Shown here: one piece after another, positions 28,104 to 35,096 of the stretch
Layout of the letters: every line of letters starts with the position of its first letter
Position numbering within the stretch: the stretch's first letter is position 1
Assembly: GCA_040218735.1 (NCBI GenBank)
Contig: JAVJQW010000046.1
Span: 96,001 to 160,000 of the forward strand
Direction of reading: 5' to 3'
Length of the DNA stretch: 64,000 bases
Origin: Deltaproteobacteria bacterium
GTDB lineage: Bacteria; Myxococcota; Kuafuiibacteriia; Kuafuiibacteriales; Kuafuiibacteriaceae
Notes under the pieces: model-generated
Databases searched by the model: none
Seen by the model: the letters and a program-made list of their open reading frames with translations, nothing else
Told to the model about the DNA's origin: nothing
Translations under genes and position numbers: made by a program

Positions 28104-28718
28104 TTGCGAAGGCATGGTTGGTATTCCGTCTCAGGATTCATTCTTCTCTTCTGCTGGAGTGCGCTAGCTGCTTGTCGAGCGTCGAACACTACACGAGTAG
28201 TCGTCACTCGCACGGATAATATCGAGCGTCACGGTCGAGGTGGGCTGTTCATGCCGATGCTTCTTAGCCGTCCATCAAAGCCTTTCCGAACAGTCGCAAA
28301 GCTCTACGGATACCATGATGCCAACCGTGAGGACGACGAACTCTGGTACGCCTTGAGAAGGCGAGCGGCCGATCTGGGGGCGGATGCTCTTGTGTTTGTC
28401 CGACGGGTGATTGTCCCATGCGTGGATGGTGGCAGCAGCGGATACTACGTCTACACGGTCGGCGGTCGCACCTACGGAGGCGGAGGCTCAAAGCAGTCTA
28501 CGGTGATCGAATGCACCGTTATCGAGGCGGCTGGTGTCCTCATCGGCGAGTACGACTGTGAAGAGGAACAAGATTGCAGAACGGATCGAGAGGACGCTCT
28601 GGTGCTAGACGCGCCTCGCCACAACCTCGGTGAAGATCTAGCACCGTCAACCACGGCACTGGGGGACGGAGCGGTCGCAGAGACAAGTTCGGTGAGCCGA
28701 GGTCGCGAGGGCGAGTAG
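28104..28718 (+). CDS. Cassette-borne hypothetical lipoprotein (start uncertain)
   Basis: ALAAC lipobox-like signal; LRRRAADLGADALV resembles YbjQ-like folds; lies between two attC relics. Confidence 0.55.
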   Translation: MRRHGWYSVSGFILLFCWSALAACRASNTTRVVVTRTDNIERHGRGGLFMPMLLSRPSKPFRTVAKLYGYHDANREDDELWYALRRRAADLGADALVFVRRVIVPCVDGGSSGYYVYTVGGRTYGGGGSKQSTVIECTVIEAAGVLIGEYDCEEEQDCRTDREDALVLDAPRHNLGEDLAPSTTALGDGAVAETSSVSRGREGE

Positions 28719-28721
28719 ACG

Positions 28722-28775
28722 CCGGTTAGCAGCACACGCGGGCTTCGCCCCGCAGAATAGTCTGAGTGTCAGGGC
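28722..28775 (+). mobile_element. Degenerate attC remnant
   Basis: GGGCTTCGCCCCGCAG core shared with the intact attC; ends in GTCAGGGC. Confidence 0.55.
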
Positions 28776-28788
28776 TACGAGTAGATAC

Positions 28789-29424
28789 GTGACACGGGAT
28801 CAATTCATCGCTGAACTACTTCGAGTAGAGCACGGCCTCCGGCGACTTGGCGCTGATGTCATAAGGTGCGACGTAGGTGCGCTGGCGACAGCGGACGATC
28901 TCAGCGAAATCGAACGCGCCGTCGGCAAGAAGATGCCAGCTGAGATTCGTCATTTCGTTTTGAACGTAGCGGCGAAGGTGTCGTTCCATTGGAGTCTCGA
29001 TGACGAACGTTCGGACTTGGACCCGTCGCTGGTTCCCTGGGGTGAGTTCTCTTTCGATCTTAGTGAGATTCCAGATCTCGAGACAGGGAGGAGGTCCTGG
29101 GTGGACACCGTATTCCCGGACTCCAACAGTCCCTCCGACGCCGTCTGGCACAACAAGACCGCCTTCCAGGCGGTCGGCAACGGAGACCTTCTTGCATTGG
29201 ACCATGATGAGAGAGTCGTCTACTTGTCTCACGAAGACGGGCTGGGGCACGGCGTGATCTTCGCCCCCAGCTTTATGTCCTACGTTGCTGCCGGTCTCGA
29301 GCTCGCCTTCCCTGGACCCGAAGATGACTTCCTTCTAACGTTCTATTCCAAGGCGAAGTCCTGTATCGATCCCGACAGTGTCCAAGGACTCGCATGGAGG
29401 ACCCTGCTGACGCGCGAGCCCTGA
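28789..29424 (+). CDS. SMI1/KNR4 (SUKH) family immunity protein
   Basis: ATADDLSEIERAVGKKMPAEIRHF, GNGDLLALD, VVYLSHE. Confidence 0.85.
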   Translation: MTRDQFIAELLRVEHGLRRLGADVIRCDVGALATADDLSEIERAVGKKMPAEIRHFVLNVAAKVSFHWSLDDERSDLDPSLVPWGEFSFDLSEIPDLETGRRSWVDTVFPDSNSPSDAVWHNKTAFQAVGNGDLLALDHDERVVYLSHEDGLGHGVIFAPSFMSYVAAGLELAFPGPEDDFLLTFYSKAKSCIDPDSVQGLAWRTLLTREP

Positions 29425-29464
29425 GATGACGGCGATTCCAGACCACTGCTCGCTGGGGTCTGTA

Positions 29465-29560
29465 GGCGGCTGAGCAATCGCGTTCCAACGGCGACACGAC
29501 GCTTCGCCGCCCGCCGCTGAACGCCAGCGCTGAACAGACCACGGCTTCGCTCCAGCCTGA
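29465..29560 (+). mobile_element. Degenerate attC remnant(s)
   Basis: GCTTCGCCGCCCGCCGCTGAACGC and a second CGGCTTCGC, matching the GCTTCGCC / GCTGAACG signature of the other sites. Confidence 0.5.
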
Positions 29561-29634
29561 GACAAACGTCTCCCGTAACAGCTTGATCTTATTGGCCACA
29601 TCGCGAGGTCCTTCGTTTGGGGCTGTGGTACACT

Positions 29635-29847
29635 ATGGCGATGGAGCGTCGCCGGATCGTCGTCTCGAGGGTCGTGCGCCCAGGGGCGAAAGCCGTCCCT
29701 TTCGAAGCCGACGTCGAACAATCGATGGCCGAGCGCATCGATGCTGTCTGGGAACTGACAAAGCTATGCGCGGCGTGGAATCAGGAGACCACCGGTGAAC
29801 TCCGACTTCAGAGATCTGTTAGCCGCGTTGAACGACGCGGGCGCTGA
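29635..29847 (+). CDS. Small hypothetical partner of the nucleotidyltransferase
   Basis: AERIDAVWELT...RLQRSV; overlaps the 5' end of the nucleotidyltransferase gene. Confidence 0.6.
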   Translation: MAMERRRIVVSRVVRPGAKAVPFEADVEQSMAERIDAVWELTKLCAAWNQETTGELRLQRSVSRVERRGR

Positions 29848-30241
29848 ATACCTGGTGGTCGGAGCACACGCGCTCGCTGCGCATGGCCACGTTCGGGCGA
29901 CCAAGGACCTCGACGTCTGGGTACGCCCCACCGAAGAGAATGCACTCAACGTTCTCCATGCCCTCACTGCATTCGGAGCACCACTTCACGACCTCACGCA
30001 GGATGACTTGGCCCAGCCTGGCATTGTTTTTCAGATCGGCGTTGCGCCGGTTCGTATCGACGTCATTACCGCGATCGATGGCGTTGAATTTGACGATGCG
30101 TGGAGCGCGCGGATCCCTGTGCAACTCGGTGACATCCAAGTACATGTCCTCTCGCGCCATCACCTGATTCAGAACAAACGAGCGTCCGGGCGACTACAGG
30201 ACCTCGCCGACATCGAGCGGTTGGAAGGAGATCGAGAGTGA
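29795..30241 (+). CDS. Minimal nucleotidyltransferase family protein
   Basis: YLVVGAHALAAHGHVRATKDLD, IQNKRASGRLQDLADIERL. Confidence 0.85.
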   Translation: MNSDFRDLLAALNDAGAEYLVVGAHALAAHGHVRATKDLDVWVRPTEENALNVLHALTAFGAPLHDLTQDDLAQPGIVFQIGVAPVRIDVITAIDGVEFDDAWSARIPVQLGDIQVHVLSRHHLIQNKRASGRLQDLADIERLEGDRE

Positions 30242-30418
30242 AATCAACCGACGACGTGCTGGCGGTCGCCTAGGCGCGATGAGTTCTTGAGCTCCGCCGA
30301 GGCGCTTCGCGTACGCTTGAAGTAGTTTGCCCGAGACACGAAGCTCGTGCGGTCGGGGTGGCGTCACTGAGGCATGAGGGCGAGTCTCGTTGGCGTGACG
30401 CCACGCCGGAGGAAGACC

Positions 30419-30760
30419 ATGGCCAAGTACCTCATCTCATTCCCCGCCGCGGCGATGAAGGTGGCGGACAGCGATCTGGAGACCGTCGGTCGCGCCGCGC
30501 ACGATGTGATTCAAGAGGCGAAGGCAGAGGGCGTCTACGTCTTCGCCGGCGGTATCGACGAAACGGTTCCGCCGGTCCTCGTCGGGCCCGACGGCTCCGT
30601 CGTCGAGGGAGGCTATCCGTGGGCGCCACCCCTGAACGGTGGATTCGCCGTGCTCGAGCTGCCTTCGCGCGAGGCCGCCGTCGCGTGGGCTGCGCGCATC
30701 GCGCAGGCGTGTCGATGTGACCAAGAGCTTCGGGTGTTCGGACTGGACCCCGCGTCATGA
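30419..30760 (+). CDS. YCII-related protein
   Basis: GGAGGA RBS; GVYVFAGG, GGFAVLELPSREAAVAWA, QELRVF. Confidence 0.8.
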   Translation: MAKYLISFPAAAMKVADSDLETVGRAAHDVIQEAKAEGVYVFAGGIDETVPPVLVGPDGSVVEGGYPWAPPLNGGFAVLELPSREAAVAWAARIAQACRCDQELRVFGLDPAS

Positions 30761-30856
30761 AGACAGACCGCGCACGGATGAGCTCGGGCCACAGTTTCGC
30801 CGAAGCGGAGGTCTGTCGGCCTTGACCGCGAACCCAGCGTGCCGACGCTGCCGCGA

Positions 30857-31231
30857 ATGAGCTGGAGCAAGCTCGCTCAGGATCGCCTGAGCGAAGGGCA
30901 AGACGTCACCGTGCGCCCGAGCGGTCACTCGATGACCGGCGTCATCAACCACCGAGACGAGGTCGTCCTCGCCCCGATCGAACCCGACCGCATCTGCATC
31001 GGCGACGCCGTGCTCGTCCGCGTCGCGGGCCAGGTGTTCCTGCATCTCGTCAAGGCGATCGACACGCCCAAGCGCAGGGCGCAGATCGGCAACAACCGCG
31101 GCGGCGTCAACGGATGGGCCTCGCTCGACAAGGTCTACGGCGTGGCCGTGTGCATCGCCGGAACGCCGACCCAGGCCGCCTCCCGCGCGACCGCGCCGTC
31201 CACGGACGCCCACCCGGACCGCGACGCCTGA
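30857..31231 (+). CDS. S24/S26 peptidase-like protein
   Basis: GHSMTG, GDAVLVRV, FLHLVK, IGNNRG. Confidence 0.65.
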   Translation: MSWSKLAQDRLSEGQDVTVRPSGHSMTGVINHRDEVVLAPIEPDRICIGDAVLVRVAGQVFLHLVKAIDTPKRRAQIGNNRGGVNGWASLDKVYGVAVCIAGTPTQAASRATAPSTDAHPDRDA

Positions 31232-31284
31232 CCCCCCGCGGTGACCTCGCGGACCGTGCTACGTTCCGCCGCGAGGCCCCCGAG

Positions 31285-32187
31285 TTGGACTACCTACGCA
31301 CCCCCGACGACCGCTTCACCGACCTGCCCGGGTTCTCGTACGCGCCGCGCTACCTCCAGGTCGACGACACCGAGGGCGGCTCTCTGCGCGTGCACTACGT
31401 CGACGAAGGCCCGCGCGGCGGTCCCGTCGTCCTCTGCCTCCACGGCGAACCGAGCTGGTCCTACCTCTACCGGAAGATGATCCCGGTCCTCACCGCCGCG
31501 GGTCTTCGCGTGGTGGCCCCCGACCACCCCGGATTCGGCCGCTCCGACAAACCCACCAAGCCCGAAGACTATACCTACGCGCGCTTCGTCACCTGGATGA
31601 CCCAGGTCATCCACAAACTCGATCTCACCGACGCGACGCTGTACTGCCAAGACTGGGGCGGCCTCATCGGCCTCCGCATCGTCGCCGAGAACCCGGATCG
31701 CTTCGCGCGCGTCGTCGCCTCGAACACGTTCCTCCCCAAAGGCAAGAGCGCCGGCGATGGGTTCTTGATGTGGCAGAAGATGTCGCAGGAGATGGAGACC
31801 TTCGACGTCGGCAGCGTCCTGCAGATGGGCACCGTCACCGATCTCGACCCGGCGACGCTCGCCGCCTACGACGCACCCTTCCCCGACGAATCGTTCAAGG
31901 CCGGCGCCCGCCGCTTCCCCATGCTCGTCCCCATCTCACCCGACGACCCCGCGGTCCCCGCGAACCTCGCCGCGTGGGCCGTGCTCGAGAAGTGGACCAA
32001 GCCTTTCCTCACCGCGTTCGGCGACTCGGACCCCGTCACCGGAGGCATGGACGCCTACTTCCACGCGAAGATCCCCGGTGCCGCCGGCCAGCCCCACACC
32101 ACTATCGAAAAGGCCGGACACTTCTGCCAAGAAGACCAAGGCCAACGCCTCGCCGAAGTCGTCGTCAGCTTCATCGAGGCGACCTGA
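31285..32187 (+). CDS. Haloalkane dehalogenase
   Basis: HGEPSWSYLYRKMI, QDWGG nucleophile, AYDAPFPD, GHFCQED; TTG start 31285. Confidence 0.92.
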   Translation: MDYLRTPDDRFTDLPGFSYAPRYLQVDDTEGGSLRVHYVDEGPRGGPVVLCLHGEPSWSYLYRKMIPVLTAAGLRVVAPDHPGFGRSDKPTKPEDYTYARFVTWMTQVIHKLDLTDATLYCQDWGGLIGLRIVAENPDRFARVVASNTFLPKGKSAGDGFLMWQKMSQEMETFDVGSVLQMGTVTDLDPATLAAYDAPFPDESFKAGARRFPMLVPISPDDPAVPANLAAWAVLEKWTKPFLTAFGDSDPVTGGMDAYFHAKIPGAAGQPHTTIEKAGHFCQEDQGQRLAEVVVSFIEAT

Positions 32188-32210
32188 CACGGCATTGCTG
32201 GAGGACACCC

Positions 32211-32687
32211 ATGACTGAGATCCACTACCTCGCGGGCGACGCGACGTCGCCGCAGGCGAAGGGCGTCAAGGTCATCTGCCACATCTGCAACGACATCGGC
32301 GGCTGGGGTAAGGGGTTCGTGCTCGCGATCTCCAAGCGCTGGCCCGAGCCTGAGGCCGACTTTCGCGCGTGGTACCGTGAACGCGCTTCCAACGACTTTG
32401 GGCTCGGCGCGGTTCGGTTCGTCCAAGTCGAGAAGTTCCTGTTCGTGGCGAACATGGTCGCCCAGCGCGGTATCAAGAAGGGCAGCAACGGTCCGCCGAT
32501 TCGCTACGAGGCCGTAGAGCAATGCCTCGCGAAGGTCGCGCCGTTTGCGAAGGAGCAGGGCGCCTCGATCCACATGCCGCGCATCGGCTGTGGGTTGGCC
32601 GGAGGAAAGTGGGAACGCATCGAACCCATTATTCAGGCGGAGCTTTGTGCGCAGGATCTCGAAGTCTACGTCTATGACTTCGGGTAA
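32211..32687 (+). CDS. Macro domain protein (Poa1p/TARG1-like ADP-ribose processing)
   Basis: GDAT, HICNDIGGWGKGF, MPRIGCGLAGGKW; GGAGG RBS. Confidence 0.9.
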   Translation: MTEIHYLAGDATSPQAKGVKVICHICNDIGGWGKGFVLAISKRWPEPEADFRAWYRERASNDFGLGAVRFVQVEKFLFVANMVAQRGIKKGSNGPPIRYEAVEQCLAKVAPFAKEQGASIHMPRIGCGLAGGKWERIEPIIQAELCAQDLEVYVYDFG

Positions 32688-32689
32688 CG

Positions 32690-33637
32690 CTACCCATCCC
32701 GCCGATCCCAATCCACCGGCATCCGCGGCACGTACCCCAGCTCCTCCTTCGCCCGGCGTCCGTCCAACACGCCACCAAGGTGAAAGCGCAGCTCGTTCAA
32801 GTCATACCGAAAGTCCGTCCCCGTCAGCCGCGCCCGCAGCCCGTACAGCGGCGCCACCACCGGACCCGGAGTCGGCACGTCCAACCGCCCCGACAGCGCG
32901 ATGATCCGCGACAGCGGCAACGTGTCGTAACCCGGGATGTTGAACACCCCCTTCGCCTCGCTCGTCGCCGCCAGCGTCAACGCGTGCGCCGCATCCGAAA
33001 CCGTGAGCACGTTCAACATCGGATCGAACCCCGCCGGCCGCAGACACACCCGCGACGAGAGGTAGTCGTGCAGCTGACTCCCGGACTCCGGCGCCACACA
33101 CTCCGCCATGCGCAGCACCGTGATCGCCAGCGGCGACAAACCCATCGCCGTACACAGCACCAGGTCCGCCTCCAACCTATCGCGAACCAACTGCGGCGCG
33201 TCCGGCGACAGCTCGATCGGGTGGTCCTCCTCGATGATCGTCGGGCGGTCCGGACGCAGGTGATAGACGTCCGAGAAACTCCGAAACACAAAGCGCTGCA
33301 CCGTCGGGTGACGCTCCGCCATCTTCAACAAGTCACGCGTCGCATCGACGTTCAACGCACGCACGTGCGCGCCCTCGCGCCGCGCGCTGCGGTGGAGCGC
33401 GAGGTGCACGATCGTGTCGATCTCGATCTCACGCACCAACCCGAACAACAGGTCGTGCGCGCTCCGGTGCCGCGCCAGGTTCGTCGTCACGTACTCCACA
33501 CGAGGATCCGAGATCGCCGAGTCCCCGTCGGTCCCCACCGCCACCACCCGCTCGACGGACGAGTGCTCCACGAGCCGCCGAACCGTCTCGCGCCCGATCG
33601 GCGTCGTCGCCCCCGTCACCAGGATCCGGCGCTTCAT
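32690..33637 (-). CDS. NAD-dependent epimerase/dehydratase
   Basis: ILVTGATTPIG, IVHLA, NVDAT, GVFNIPG. Confidence 0.85.
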   Translation of the reverse strand: MKRRILVTGATTPIGRETVRRLVEHSSVERVVAVGTDGDSAISDPRVEYVTTNLARHRSAHDLLFGLVREIEIDTIVHLALHRSARREGAHVRALNVDATRDLLKMAERHPTVQRFVFRSFSDVYHLRPDRPTIIEEDHPIELSPDAPQLVRDRLEADLVLCTAMGLSPLAITVLRMAECVAPESGSQLHDYLSSRVCLRPAGFDPMLNVLTVSDAAHALTLAATSEAKGVFNIPGYDTLPLSRIIALSGRLDVPTPGPVVAPLYGLRARLTGTDFRYDLNELRFHLGGVLDGRRAKEELGYVPRMPVDWDRRDG

Positions 33638-34406
33638 ACGAACGTCCCCCGCCGGCGTCGCAGCCCGTCCGCGATCAACCCCTCTACTCGGCTCCGCACC
33701 AGCGCCGCGCGTCCGCCAACGAACGACTGTCGTCCGCGTCGTACGCCGACAGATCGATCGGCTCCCCGTAGTGCAGGTGGTAACGAACGGGGAGCGGCAG
33801 CGGCGTCAACGTCACGGGGAAGTACGGCGCACCGACCCACTTCGCCCCCGCCGTGATGCGCGCGAGCTGCGGCATCTGCTCCTCCGCCCCGATCACCGCG
33901 ACCGGCACCACCGGCACCCCGTTCTGAATCGCGAGCTCCGCGTGGCCGACGCGCCAGGCCTGCAGCTGATACCGCTGCGAAAACGCCTTGCCGATCCCCT
34001 GCGTCCCCTCCGGAAAGATGAGGATCCCCTCGCCACGCTCGAGCAGGTAGCGCACGTTCCCGCGGCTCCCCGTCACCGCACCGATGCGCGTAAGCCACGT
34101 CCCGAAGAACGGAAGGTTCGGCAGGAACCGATCCGCGACCGGCCGAATCAAGCGCTCCCGCTCGAACAGGATGTTCGCCGCGATCATCGCGCCGTCGAAC
34201 GGGAGCGTGCCGCTGTGGTTCGACACCACCACCACGCCCCCCGCCTCCGGCACGTGGTGGACGTCGTGCGCCGTCACCCGGAAGTAGACGTCGTGCAGGA
34301 ACTCGAGCACCGGCCGCACGCGCTCGAGCGCCGCGTCCGTCGCGCCGAACTCGTCGTAGCCGTGCCCCGCGTCGCGAAGGAACCCCACGCGGTCGCCTGT
34401 GTACAA
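33634..34406 (-). CDS. Lysophospholipid acyltransferase family protein with an apparent 1-nt deletion near 33710
   Basis: NHSGTLPFD, IFPEG, PVVPVAVIGAEE; the natural-looking C-terminus AALVRSRVEGLIADGLRRRRGTFV is in another frame and ends in an ATGA overlap with the epimerase. Confidence 0.85.
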
Positions 34407-34511
34407 ACCCCGTGCCCGCGCACCTGCCGCCCGAATGTCGACGGTCCGTTACGCCCGCGTAACGCCGCTGCGCGCGGTCGGCCCGTTGTCACCGACAACG
34501 GTGAGGACTAA

Positions 34512-34862
34512 CGTCGGCCCACGCTCCGCACGACGCCCACGCGCTTCGCGCTCCTGCTACTCGTCCTGGGGCTGCTCTCGGGCGGGCTCCGCTACGACTC
34601 CGACCGGCGGACTCTCAACGACGACACACTCTCCGCGACCGTCGCGTGGGCCGCCGTCGTCGGCGACGCACCCACCCCCAATCGGCCCGTACGCCCCGCC
34701 ACGGACGGAGTCCACTCGCACGATGCCACCGCTTCGTCGGCCGTACGCCTGAAGCCGACGCGCGATGGCCTCCTGCTGTCCCGGACACGCGAAGAGCTCC
34801 GCCGCGGAAGCGGCGTCGCCTGCGCCCGCCGCGCAAGGGCTCCGCCCCTCTCCCTCGCCTGA
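34512..34862 (+). CDS. Putative RAPP-motif leader/arrest peptide (start codon unresolved)
   Basis: Open frame RRPTLRTTPTRFALLLLVLGLLSGGL...RARAPPLSLA-stop; no in-frame start unless GTG 34501 joins through an indel. Confidence 0.45.
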   Translation, partial: RRPTLRTTPTRFALLLLVLGLLSGGLRYDSDRRTLNDDTLSATVAWAAVVGDAPTPNRPVRPATDGVHSHDATASSAVRLKPTRDGLLLSRTREELRRGSGVACARRARAPPLSLA

Positions 34863-34924
34863 TCGACATCCCTTTCGATTCGACGACGAACGCGCCGCTA
34901 CGGTGCGGCGCCGAGGAGACACAC

Positions 34925-35080
34925 ATGCAACGTATCGACGAGCCCACCCACGAGGTGGCGTCGCCACCGATCGATCCGACGGCTCAGAGCGACCGGGGCG
35001 ACAGCCCCGTCAAGTTCGCGGTCGTGGTGTTCTTGCTTCCGCTGTTACTCGCGGTCGCGGCGATGTTCTGGAGCCGCTGA
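34925..35080 (+). CDS. Small single-pass membrane protein (51 aa)
   Basis: GAGGAG RBS, ATG 34925, C-terminal FAVVVFLLPLLLAVAAMFW. Confidence 0.65.
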   Translation: MQRIDEPTHEVASPPIDPTAQSDRGDSPVKFAVVVFLLPLLLAVAAMFWSR

Positions 35081-35096
35081 CCCACCACGCCTACCG

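Noticed and set aside
27649-29560. Recurring GCTTCGCC palindromes as a CRISPR array or REP elements
   Set aside because: Spacing is gene-sized, copies are divergent, and the intact copy has attC core ends; no cas genes are present.
26454-30800. dif site at the skew switch
   Set aside because: No convincing XerD arm (TTATGT-like) with a paired XerC arm was found by eye; candidates near 28213, 29271 and 29576 match poorly.
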